64,000 bases of DNA from contig NC_068984.1 in the NCBI RefSeq assembly GCF_001194135.2, forward strand, positions 110,511,639 through 110,575,638, read 5' to 3'. Positions 1-10,899 of the stretch are shown here, one piece after another; position 1 is the stretch's first letter; each line of letters begins with the position of its first letter. The translations under genes and the position numbers were made by a program. The notes beneath the pieces were generated by a model. The model searched no databases, had not been told where the DNA came from, and was given only the letters and a program-made list of their open reading frames with translations. This stretch comes from Octopus bimaculoides. Lineage: Eukaryota.

Positions 1-361
1 TATATATATATATATATATTCATATATATATGTTTAGATAAATGCATGTGTGTGTGTGTGTGTATGCATTAGCTAGGCACTTACAGGGCAAAAACATCTT
101 GTTGAAACTAATTATGTTGTTCCTTATGAAGAATATATGTATCAGATTTCTGGGTATACATGCCAACACACACATTTTTATATATCTGCATGTATATATG
201 TAATATGTATATATATTTTACAAAGGTTTTTTTATTGCTATTTCATTAGATAAATTTTCTTGTACTTATTTTTTCTTTTGTGTGTATTTTCTTATTAATT
301 TTCAACAGTTCATTTGGAACTTTAGAATCCCTAAGTTCATATTTGAGATATCAATCCCTTA

Positions 362-478
362 ACCTATCATTGAAATGAAGTGCTTTGCTAAAGAAGACAA
401 CGCAACACCAGGTTGGGAATCAGATTCATGATCTCATAATCATGAGGGAAACACCTTAACCACTAAACCCTGCACTTT

Positions 479-480
<2 letters not shown>
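362..480 (-). mobile_element. tRNA-derived SINE family D, 5' fragment
   Basis: Decayed reverse complement of the head seen at 27172-27496 (box A/B-like segment, then gtgtcttctttagcaaagcac). Confidence 0.6.
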
Positions 481-544
<64 letters not shown>

Positions 545-1166
545 AACAAAAAGAAGATAGTCAGAAGTTGGATTAAAACTATTTAATTAATTACTTTTGT
601 CTAGTTCAAAGATTCATCATAANNNNNNNNNNNNNNNNNNNNNNNNNNNNNNNNNNNNNNNNNNNNNNNNNNNNNNNNNNNNNNNNNNNNNNNNNNNNNN
701 NNNNNNNNNNNNNNNNNNNNNNNNNNNNNNNNNNNNNNNNNNNNNNNNNNNNNNNNNNNNNNNNNNNNNNNNNNNNNNNNNNNNNNNNNNNNNNNNNNNN
801 NNNNNNNNNNNNNNNNNNNNNNNNNNNNNNNNNNNNNNNNNNNNNNNNNNNNNNNNNNNNNNNNNNNNNNNNNNNNNNNNNNNNNNNNNNNNNNNNNNAT
901 ATATATATATATAATGATAATAATATTAGGGATAAAATCCAAATTAACAGGTAAAAACTCAATTAAATTCAATTCATCAAAAATTAAAAATTAAATCAAG
1001 TTTCACAGTATATAATATATAAATATATAATTTAGAGAAAAGAGCCAAAGTTTATGAATTCATCCATGAAAATCCACACTCACATATAGAAAAAATTAAT
1101 AAATAAATACACGATAAATAAGTTTAATAAAATACAAAGTAAAATCATAAAATAATAATAATAAAA

Positions 1167-1278
1167 CGACTACATGTGTTTCATAACCAAGTTTTCAAAT
1201 AGAAAATAAAATATAATCAAATCGATTAAAACGATTGAAAATCAATTCTATTAAAAAATATAGCTAATCTTCAGGTCA
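1167..1278 (-). ncRNA. Degenerate hammerhead-ribozyme-like relic
   Basis: Minus strand ugac-CUGAAGA...GAAA-C-ACAU-GUA-gucg; stem I of 4 bp, stem II closing pair broken, long AT-rich insert. Confidence 0.25.
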
Positions 1279-1449
1279 AAATACATCAATGATAATAATA
1301 AAATGAATGTATATATCAACCAACAATAAATAACAAATGAATGTATATAAAAATACTTATTATATCAATATAGAAAAATGTTGAACAATATTATTAAAAA
1401 GAAAATTATAAATTTGACATTCTTAACTTCACATTTATTAGAATATAAA

Positions 1450-2080
1450 CTAATAAACGTAAAGTTAAGAATGTCACAACTTGTCAAACTTGGACAAAAA
1501 GAAATCAAGTATGTTGATAAGTTCACATATCTTAGTAACTGTATTTTAAATGAGGACCATGCAGGAGTTAAAGTCAAAACCAGGATAGATAAAGTAACGT
1601 CAGTATCTCGATACAAGACCCAAGACCATCAGTAAGAAGATAGAGTATCACCTATAATCATCTATTGTTATACCAACTCATCACCTGTGAAACCTGGACG
1701 AATACAATGAAAATCTCTCAATGATATTTCCAGTGACACTGCCTATTTTCAATCTTGGGCATCTCTTACTGGAACAGGGTAAGGAACAAAAGAAGTGATG
1801 AAAAGAACTGGTATGAGAAGTTTGCGAGATATTGTGAGTAAGTGGTGGATATAGTTTGCTGGCCATGTGCTTTGGTTATCACAGGAGATAGATGCTACCA
1901 TGTTGTTAGATTGGATGCCAGAAAGAGGAAAAAAGACTGATGGGAAGACCAAGGAAGATGTGATGCAATAGTGACAGGAGTTATCCCAAGTGGAGCTTAG
2001 AGGAAAACAAACAGCTGGTATGTATGGAGAAGGGTCATTGCACTGGAGGCTGTAAAAGCTATAAGAGATTCAACAAGTTA
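1450..2080 (+). mobile_element. RTE-clade LINE, decayed 3' end (post-RT region)
   Basis: ORF 1378-1635 YVDKFTYLSNCI...VKVKTRIDK resembles the RTE VDKFTYLGS...RI.KA motif; downstream LDWMPERGKK resembles the W.P.G.R.RGRP C-terminal motif. Confidence 0.7.
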
Positions 2081-2347
2081 ATATATCTATCTGTATGATT
2101 ATGTATACACATGTGTACACACAAACACACATACACACAAACACACACACATACACACACACATATAATTATGCATATTTTCAGTCATTTAGGTAGATAT
2201 ATTAATTGATTAATTGACTAGCAAATAGGTAGATTGATTAATTTAATTAAGAGACTGTGACATAGATTGTATTAGGCAAATGCAAGAAGCTGGGAAAAGT
2301 GAAGTACAAACATATACCTCTCCTGACATATAATTATAGAAAGATGC

Positions 2348-2383
<36 letters not shown>

Positions 2384-3008
2384 TTTCGTCTATGGTTTAT
2401 TTTCTATTCTTTTCTTTATAATCATCATTGTCACAACTCCTATTATTGTTTCTAATGTAATTGTTAATCTTGCTTGTTTATTGCTTCGTCTTCTCCTTGC
2501 TTGTCATCTTCTCCTTGCTTGAACATTGCTGTTGTTTATCATCATCACCATCACCATCATATAATGTTTACATTATTATATATACAAATATTATTAAATA
2601 TATCAAGAGAAACTGATTTACCTTTTCAAAAGATTTTGTTTAAGCCAAGAAATATTTGTGAATATTTTTAGAAACTTGATTTGATAGGATGACTGTTGTG
2701 ATCATGTGACATTCTCTGATCATAAATTTTATTTATTTTATTTATTTTTTTTTTCTTTTGACATTTTATTATTTTGTCTTTTACTGAAGCCTTAGTGAAC
2801 AACTCAGAATATTTTGTGCATAAAGAAAAGTCTGTATCAAAAGATTACTTCAAAGCCGAAGAGAGAATTTCTATATTATAGAAATGGTGAATCTATGAAA
2901 TAAGTCTTAGCAGTAAGATGATATAGGTTTTAAGGGACACATGTGATGAACTTTCAAAAAATAATTAAAAAAATCTTCTGACTATAACATGTTATAGAAT
3001 GCATATCT

Positions 3009-3462
3009 CTCTTTACTCTTTACTCTTTTACTTGTTTCAGTCATTTGACTGCGGCCATGCTGGAGCACCGCCTTTAGTCGAGCAAATCGACCCCTGAACT
3101 TATTTTTTGTAAGCCTAGTACTTATTCTATTGGTCTCTTTTGCCGAACCACTAAGTTACAGGGACGTAAACACACAAGCATCAGTTGTCAAGCGATGGTG
3201 GGGGGACAAACACAGACACACAAACACACATATATATATATACATATACATATATACGACGGGCTTCTTTCAGTTTTCGTCTACCAAATCCACTCACAAG
3301 GCTTTGGTCAGCCCAAGGCTATAGTNNNNNNNNNNNNNNNNNNNNNNNNNNNNNNNNNNNNNNNNNNNNNNNNNNNNNNNNNNNNNNNNNNNNNNNNNNN
3401 NNNNNNNNNNNNNNNNNNNNNNNNNNNNNNNNNNACTTACCACACAGCCACTCTTGTGCCTA
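3009..3462 (-). mobile_element. tRNA-derived SINE family A (ggagtggctgtgtggtaag head, gtaaaagagtaaaagag tail), spans an N gap
   Basis: Reverse complement matches the complete copies at 36275-36680 and 59153-59570. Confidence 0.9.
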
Positions 3463-3589
3463 TCAATAAACAATTACCTAAAATCTATATATCTATAAAC
3501 AATTACCTAAAAACTAAAATACATATATACGTGTAAGGGTTACTCCAGTATATGTCTACTTAAAGAAATTAAAATTTCAACACTCTCTA

Positions 3590-3960
3590 GTGTTGGGCCT
3601 CGGGGAGGCAATGCGGCTGATGATGGTCTTGTGTAACTAGCACCCGTGCTGGTGGCACATAAAAAGCACCTTTTGAGTGATGGGTTTCATGGGGGCAATG
3701 ACAAATGACTGAGACCGTTGGCAATATGCTCTGCTTGAGTAGAAGACCCATCAAGCCAAGTGAAATCATAGTCATGGCAGATAACATGTAAAAGCCCCCA
3801 TTACACTCTGTAAAGTGGTTGGTGTTAGGAAGGGCATCCAGCCATAGAAACCATGCCAAATCAGACTAGAGTTTGGTATGACCCCTCAGCTTACAAGCCC
3901 TGGTCAAAATGTCCAACCCATGCCAGTATGGACAACAAACATCAAATGATGATGATGACG
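3590..3960 (+). mobile_element. SINE-like repeat family C (aggaagggcatccagc domain, (GAT)n tail)
   Basis: Shares gtggttggtgttaggaagggcatccagc...gtccaacccatgccagtatgg...gatgatgatg with 14486-14730, 30018-30393 and 55321-55560. Confidence 0.8.
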
Positions 3961-4099
3961 ATCTTTCTGGTTATTGTTCCAGGATTCTCAAATTCTAACT
4001 GAAAGATTTGGTTTTCCATCAACTTGTAAAACTCCTCCCACTTTCTATCTATTACCTATGCCTTCTACGTTTTACCTGTTACCTGTGCCTTCATATGAA

Positions 4100-4330
4100 T
4101 AACCCCTTACAATTTTAACTGGCCATATCAGGCCCTAATATTCTATCTGTTTTATGTTCAAACCAACCAGATCTGGCTTTTCACCCCTACTCTACAATGT
4201 CATTCTAAATATGAACAATCACATCCTCAAAAATCTTGAAGCTATGAGATAATGCATGATTAACTTAAAACAATGTGAATAAATAAGCATTAAACTTGAC
4301 TGGGTAATATGAATGGTAAAAGGATAATAC
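4100..4330. mobile_element. TTAA-type MITE remnant (one end recognisable)
   Basis: Ends in gaatggtaaaaggataa, resembling the ...aaagggTTAA terminus at 57301-57313. Confidence 0.35.
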
Positions 4331-4549
4331 TTTTAAGCATCCATATTGATGTTTAAAAATTGCTGGAACTTGTTAAATCTCACCACCATCCCTATTATTT
4401 TCTTATTTACCATGTAATACTCTCCTCTGAACCTTTGCATCTTTGTACCTTTTCAGCAATAATTATACTTATTCATTTACATACACTTTTAATTCATATT
4501 TTTATTCATTCATTCACATACCTTCTTGTACCTATTTATGTTCATTTTC

Positions 4550-4760
4550 TATCAACATCGTTCTTCATCTGTATCGTAACACATGTTCTCCATACTGGTG
4601 TGAATTGGGTGGTTCAAGAGAATCTAATGAGTCAAAGGACAGTCTCATTCTCCAATTGTTATTCCTGTTCACATTCGACAATCTCTTCTATTGACTGATG
4701 ATTTCCTTAATGCCGACCACTTTACACAGTGTCTTTACTGTGGTACCAGCAGCAGGGAAG
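4550..4760 (-). mobile_element. Decayed family C repeat
   Basis: Minus strand cactgtgtaaagtggtcggcattaaggaaatcatcag and ccacccaattcacaccagtatgagaac...gatg match the family C domain and tail. Confidence 0.55.
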
Positions 4761-4905
4761 ACAGCCTTGCAGCCTGCAAGATTAGAAGTCTAAATTGACT
4801 CCTATAAATGAGAGAGAAGAGAAGAGAGAAATAATATTTATTGCCAGTTAAATGTGGATGTTCTGTTAGAACAAGTTATACTGTGGTAGTTACTATGTTC
4901 TAAAA

Positions 4906-5192
4906 TAGTAGTTGCCAAACGTTTTCAGGATGCCACCCCCTTAGCACCCAGGCCACATTCCTAGTGCTCTCTCACCCTCCTCACCACAAATACGGACCAC
5001 TTTTTGCAGCAAATTCAAAGCAACTGTATTCACAAATAAAATGTAAACCTAATTAACCTATTAATATATATTCATTTTTTATATCTATCACCTCATTTTT
5101 GCCATCCCATTATCATCCCACTTTTCTTCAATGCCCCCTTGGATTTTCTACTGCCCTCGAGAGGGCAGTACTTCCCACTTTGGGAACCACTG
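4906..5192. mobile_element. hAT (Charlie-like) MITE
   Basis: Termini tagtagttgccaaac / tttgggaaccactg; 8-bp target duplication ttctaaaa (4898-4905) versus ttctaaca (5193-5200). Confidence 0.75.
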
Positions 5193-5277
5193 TTCTAACA
5201 GAGCATCCACATTTAACTGAGGATAAATATTATCTCCCAGTATCAATATTGCCTCTGCTGCTAATATATACTTTTAT

Positions 5278-5280
<3 letters not shown>

Positions 5281-5325
<45 letters not shown>
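5281..5325 (+). repeat. (GA)n microsatellite
   Basis: Direct reading. Confidence 0.95.
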
Positions 5326-5327
<2 letters not shown>

Positions 5328-5670
5328 ATTATTCCATATGGGGTGACAAGGAACAGATTGAAGGAACTGTTTGATAGGAACAGATTGATAGCTGTTATAG
5401 GATGTTAGTGGAGAGAGTAGGGCAGAAAATAGAGGAAAAGGATTAGTGTCAGAGATTATTGAGTAAAGATGAGTTGATGGGGCTTGTTTAGGTGGGACCT
5501 AGGGCTATCCTGTATTATAAGGGTGAGTATAGACAGAAGATATGAGGGAAAGTAGAAAGGAATAGAGCAATGAAGTGGGGAAGAATCCTGTGAGAGTCAT
5601 TGAAGAGATGGGGGTGTGGAGGCTAGAGAGGGAAGGGAAGCTGACGAGTAGTGTTGAAGTGGCAGAGAAT

Positions 5671-6038
5671 GGAGGTTTGTCTTCTAGGCTGTGGTTTCCA
5701 ATTCGGAATTTCCTGAACCACCATTGACTCTGGCTTACACTTATTGTCTAATCCCCATATACTGCATTAATATTCCTCACACTTTCCATTGCGTTCTTCC
5801 CTTTATTGAACTCATAAAGCAAAATATGTCGAATATGCTCCTTTGTCTCTTCCATTATAGCTTTGAAAAGGTATCTGTTAAAATCGAACTGCACTCTCCA
5901 AAACTTGTACTAAGAATAAAAACAAGGTAAAGTTACTACTTGCTTTTATAGCAAGTTGATTCGGATTGTTTATCCTGTCTTCCTGTTACCTTTAGTTCAT
6001 GCAATTGAAAAAACTGCGTCATTTATGGGATGATCCAA
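5671..6038 (-). mobile_element. Mariner transposon 5' end with transposase HTH remnant
   Basis: TIR-like ttggatcatcccataaatgacgcag next to TA; minus translation from 5855 MEETKEHIRHILLYEFNKGKNAMESVRNINAVYGD*TISVSQSQWWFRKFRIGNHSLEDKP is a mariner N-terminus. Confidence 0.85.
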
Positions 6039-6280
6039 TATATATATATATACAAATTGTTGAGTGTCCCACCCATGAGGAATTGATGCTAGATATGTCG
6101 AAACAATTGTCATGATTAATAGTAAATTCTCATATATTCCATCTTCCGTCTTTCTTTTGCCATATATATAAAACATGCAGAGAAAAGATTTTAAAGATTT
6201 ATTGAAGGCTTACATATGTTTCTGATAAATATTGCAGGAATTTAGCTCCATAGTTCAATTGTATTAATCAATTGATCCAT

Positions 6281-6587
6281 GTGGAGGTACACAGCCTAGT
6301 GTTAGATCAGCGGACTCGCGGTCGCGAAATTGCCGGTTCAAATCTCAGATTGGCCGATGTGTGTGTTTATGAGCGAAACGCCTAAGTTTCAGTCAGCTCC
6401 AGCAGAAGGTAATGGTGAACCCCTGCTGACTCTTTCACTAACAACTATCTTTCACTCTTTCCTCCTGCATCTAGCAGCTCACCTGTGATGGACCAGTGTC
6501 CCATCCAGGTGGAAAACCTATACAGTAATAAAACCAGGAACTCACCCCTTATGAGCCAGGTATGGCTTAAGAACGAACAAACAACAA
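6281..6587 (+). mobile_element. tRNA-derived SINE with V-domain-like core
   Basis: Box A/B-like head (cagcctagtgttag ... ggttcaaatctc), central cctgtgatggaccagtgtcccatccaggtgg, tail gaacaaacaacaa. Confidence 0.65.
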
Positions 6588-6697
6588 TCTATCGATCCAT
6601 AGTCGATTGACTGAAAAAAAAAATAGAAAACAGTCCTATGCCTGTATCTTCTTCAGAGGTACTATAAATGGTCAAATTTGTTTCTTTTGGCAATCAG

Positions 6698-6838
6698 TTT
6701 CTGTCTATCAGACCTACTCACAAAGTTTTCGTTGGTCTAGGGCTATAATAGAAAATACTTGCGCAGGTGACACACAGTGGTTGTGAAACTGCAACCATGA
6801 AATTAGACAGCAAACCTCAAATCACATAGCCATGCTTA
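6698..6838 (-). mobile_element. SINE family A, decayed 5' half
   Basis: Similarity to the family A head and body. Confidence 0.6.
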
Positions 6839-7214
6839 CAGCCTCACCTTCATTCAATATACACATGTGAAGTAAATTGCAAATTACGATGTTGAAGCCA
6901 ATTTTCTAGTTTTTGTAATCTTTCAACATTTAAAATAAATTTTCTTGAATTCTAAATTTTTTAATTAAGTACCCTGTTAAAGAAAATATCCACATAAGAA
7001 TCAAATTAACTTCCTTCCTAAAACATATGAAGGAAAATTCATTAAAATACAATTTTATTTATATCTTATTTCGTTTAATGGGTTCATTCTTAAGCATATA
7101 TATAGAGGGAAATAATCAACAGTTTTTATGTATATTTGTTGTTTGTATAAGTTTAAAAACAAAATATATAATATAGATGAATCTTTCGGGAAAACTTGTT
7201 AAAAATGATAACAG

Positions 7215-7870
7215 TTATGATGGTGGTGGTGGTGGTGGTGGTGGTGGTTTGATCATGATGGTTGATCTCATTACAGTGACTGAGGGGAGCAACTCTGAGA
7301 TGATGTATGATGAGGCAGTTTGAATGTTGCTAATGGTTATGGGTAATGAGAATGCTGATGAAGACAAAGTGCTGGGCGTAGATGAGGAAGAAGGAAAAGA
7401 AGAAGAATGTGAAGAAGAAGTAGAAGAAGAAGAAGTAGAAGAAGAAGAAGAAGAAGAAAAAGGAGAAGGAGAAGAAGAAGAAGAAGAAGAAGAAGAAAAA
7501 GAAAGTGAAGAAGAAGAAGAAGAAAAAGAAAGTGAAGAAGAAGAAGAAGAAGAAAAAGAAAGTGAAGAAGAAGAAGAAGAAGTAAAAGAATGTGAAGAAG
7601 CAGGAAGAGAAGTCAGAGGAATAGGAGCAGAGGAGAAAGCGAAGAAGATGGAGGAGGAGGAAAAGGAAGAAGAAAGAAGTAAGAGGGGGAAGAAAAGGAG
7701 AAGACAAAAGAAAATGAAGACAAGGAGAAGAAAAATGAAGGAGATGGTGATAAGGATGATGATAATGATGTTAATATTGATGATGCTGACGATGACGATG
7801 ACAGCGAAACAATGATGATGATGATGGTGACGATGATGAGTAAAAAGAAGGATGTGGTGATGGTAAAGAT
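7215..7870 (+). repeat. Compound (GGT)n/(GAA)n/(GAG)n/(GAT)n low-complexity tract
   Basis: Direct reading; near-pure purine run at about 7380-7740. Confidence 0.95.
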
Positions 7871-8432
7871 ATAAAAATGCAATGAGCAAAATAATATAAA
7901 GTATAATCAGAATAAAGATTACAGATTACAGTTGTGATTATGATAATGAGCTTGAGACGATAATAGTGATGATCACTATGATGTTTATCAGTTTATCATC
8001 CTGATCATCAATATCATCATTTTTGTCGTCAGCAGCAGCAGAAATATAATAATCTTAATCGTTATATACTAAAAGAGGTGACGATAATTATTTTGAGAAA
8101 ATTCAGAATTTAAATAAAAAACGGGTAATTTTTTAAAATTTCATCATTTGTTATTATTATGACTATTATTAGTATTATTATTATTATTATTATTATTATT
8201 GCTTTTGCTGTTCTGGCTGTGGTTGTATGTTGAACCTGGGGAAGTCACACGTACTGTTAAAAAAATTTTTTAATGCAATAATCAAAATCAATCTGTGTTT
8301 TATTGCATATCATGCTTTTCAAATTATGTATTTACTTTCATGAAAAGTTGCGTCAAACTTCGTAATAATTGTGGTGGTGATCATAATCATCGTTATTATT
8401 ACTATTATTATTATCATTATTATTATTAATAT

Positions 8433-8840
8433 TATATGTTTAACTTTGGGCTTTGTATTTGTACAAGTTGGTACCAAGTCTCCCCCAGAGACTTCAAGAG
8501 ACAACAAGTTAGAAGCACATGTTGGTGCTATGCCTAGGGTGTCATATATTTGGTTTTGTTCAAGAGAATGTTTAAGAAAACATAAGACAATTATGAGATT
8601 GTTTTAAAATTTGAGATTATATAGACAGTATTTTACGTAGGATATGGACAGTTCCATGAGCACTATCTTTGAATTTCTGCTATTTTGGGATTACCTGGTA
8701 TCTGAGCTAGGTAGCAATCAGTCCCTTTTGCTATCATTCCTAGGACACCTATGTCAGCAGGTATTGTTTTAGTCTTGAGGTTCCACATTTTGCCAATTTC
8801 TATTTCAAGATTTTTGGTAGATCTTGACAGATACACTTGT
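8433..8840 (-). mobile_element. R4/Dong-like RLE non-LTR retrotransposon, 3' end (copy 1)
   Basis: Minus translation NLEIEIGKMWNLKTKTIPADIGVLGMI (RLE C-terminus), about 200 bp of 3' UTR, TAA-rich tracts on both sides. Confidence 0.75.
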
Positions 8841-8886
8841 AAATAATTATTATTATCATTATCATTATTGTTGTTGTTGTTGTTGC

Positions 8887-9365
8887 TATTTACTTTTAAT
8901 CTGCATGTTTGCTACAAGCACTTGCAAAGATACATCAAGCGCCTTAGGGCAAGTGAAGGGTAAGAGATATTACAGTGTGACTGAATGCTTGGGGATGGGA
9001 AGTGGCAGCGGCAGTAGCGAAATATCTTCATGTAATACAACACAGACATTTAAATTGGTAGAGTTTTTCTAAGGATGCGGGCAGTATTTGTCAGCACAAT
9101 CTTTTGGCTTTCTCTGAGACATGGTTTTCCTGGGATGTTGTTTAGATGTTTCTAACAACCCTTTTTATCATACCTAGGGCACCTACAATAACAGGAATAG
9201 TTCCTGCTTTAAAATGCCACAACTTTTGTATTTCAATTTCTAGGCTATTATGTTTACAAAGCTTGTCAAATTCTTTTACAGTTATAATTTTATCAGTAGA
9301 AACACGTACATCTATTAGTCTACAAGTATTTTCTTCCCTGTATCTAATAATTATGTCTGGTTGAT
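8887..9365 (-). mobile_element. R4/Dong-like RLE retrotransposon, 3' end (copy 2)
   Basis: QPDIIIRYREENTCRLIDVRVSTDKIITVKEFDKL...LEIEIQKLWHFKAGTIPVIVGALG carries the PD..D..K RLE motif; 3' UTR shared with the copy at 48956-49703. Confidence 0.85.
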
Positions 9366-9505
9366 TATCATTATTATCATGAGTTTTTCTGCTTTCATTT
9401 TTGCTTCCATTTCTTTCCAAGTGTCTTCCCAAATCCTAGGGCAAAGAAACTCACAGTATACATTGATAGGCCATTACACTAAACACACCAAATAAAATGA
9501 TAATT

Positions 9506-9536
<31 letters not shown>

Positions 9537-9611
9537 CATCGCCACCACCACCACCACAACTACTACTACTACCACCACCACCACCACTACTACTACTGCT
9601 ACTACTATCAT

Positions 9612-9780
9612 TATATATGAAGGCTGCAAGCTGGTAGGAGTTTTAGCATGCCATGGAAAAAACTTTGTGGTAATTCTTCTATCTTTACAAATTCTGCTGA
9701 TGGTGACTTTGCCTTTCATCTTTTCAGGGTCGATAAAATAAGTACCAATCAAGCACTGGGGTCAATGTCTATCTCTGCAT
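9612..9780 (+). mobile_element. tRNA-derived SINE family B (cctttcatcctttcggggtcgataaaataagtacc core)
   Basis: Core motif at about 9705-9765, shared with 24190-24405 and 46412-46599. Confidence 0.7.
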
Positions 9781-9781
9781 T

Positions 9782-10098
9782 CCCAGTTTACACACGCAAA
9801 TTTACAGGTAAAATATGTAGGTAAAAAAATAATTAAATAAATAAATTCATGAATGGATGTTGTTTTCACAGCGATAATGTTCTTCTCTGTACATGAGTCG
9901 TTCCAGTTAACGCGATTTTTTGCACTTCCTGTAGGGATGGTAGGCCTGGTATCATTTTCAAATAGGTTTCAGTACCTTTTTTTTATCATTCCTAGAGATC
10001 CTACAATCACTGGTACGGTAGTCGCCTTGAGATGCCATATTTTTTCAATTTCTATTAGCAAGTCTGTATATTTACTGATCTTGTCAAATTCTTTTGCT
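9782..10098 (-). mobile_element. R4/Dong-like RLE retrotransposon, 3' end (copy 3)
   Basis: AKEFDKISKYTDLLIEIEKIWHLKATTVPVIVGSLGMIKK; long (TAA)n directly at the 5' junction (10100-10162). Confidence 0.8.
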
Positions 10099-10100
10099 GC

Positions 10101-10163
<63 letters not shown>

Positions 10164-10617
10164 GTAGCATGTAGTTCTTTTAAGGGTTGTCATTAAGGAA
10201 AACTTTCAATGTAAATTAGGCATTCATTAATTTCAAATTGCCTATTGAAGGCAATTATTGCATAAAACATTAAACTTAAGCTTGAAATAATATTTTCTGT
10301 TCATTATTCAAACTTTAATTTAGTCTTTAATTGATATATATATTCAACATAAGAGATGTGTTTCATTCTCATGTATTACCTTGTATTTTCAATTCCAGTT
10401 TCGTTATAACAATTATCTCATGTTTTTCACAGTTGTTGATCTGTTTATAGCTAATCACTCAACTATGAAGTATATGCAGAATCTGTTAGTTACTGCACTC
10501 GTTGTTGCTGCTGTTTAGCCTCAAGTAAGCTCTGATTGAGTAGATCTATAATAAAAGAGGTTCTGTCCATGACCATCCTGGTAACGTTTTATTCATTTTG
10601 TTTTTTGTTTTTGTATA

Positions 10618-10750
10618 TAGGTGCAGGCATGGTTCTGGGTTCAGTCCCACTGCATGGCACATTGGACAACTGTCTTCTAAAATAGCCTTGGGCTAATCAA
10701 AGCCTTGTGAGTAGATTTGGCAGACAGAAAATGAAAGATGGTTATCGTAT
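10618..10750 (+). mobile_element. SINE family A, 5' fragment
   Basis: ggttctgggttcagtcccactgcatggcac...gccttgtgagtagatttgg. Confidence 0.75.
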
Positions 10751-10899
10751 ATATACATATATATATATATATATATACATAGGAGTGAGGTCGGAATTCT
10801 TCCACAACGTCTCCCCTTTTAAGAATTAGCCTCCCCTAACTTCTCCCCTTTTGAGAATTAGACTCTGCTCAGTTTTAATATCTCTTATGCTTAGGGAAT

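Noticed and set aside
4550-4680. Minus-strand peptide ...SLEPPNSHQYENMCYDTDEERC* resembling a receptor tail
   Set aside because: In-frame stop just upstream; the DNA aligns with the family C repeat tail
5400-5670. Purine-rich segment possibly from a retroelement 3' end
   Set aside because: Only a vague HFN-like motif; no assignable family
7324-7815. 163-aa Glu-rich ORF
   Set aside because: Pure (GAA)n/(GAT)n expansion with no splice or domain evidence
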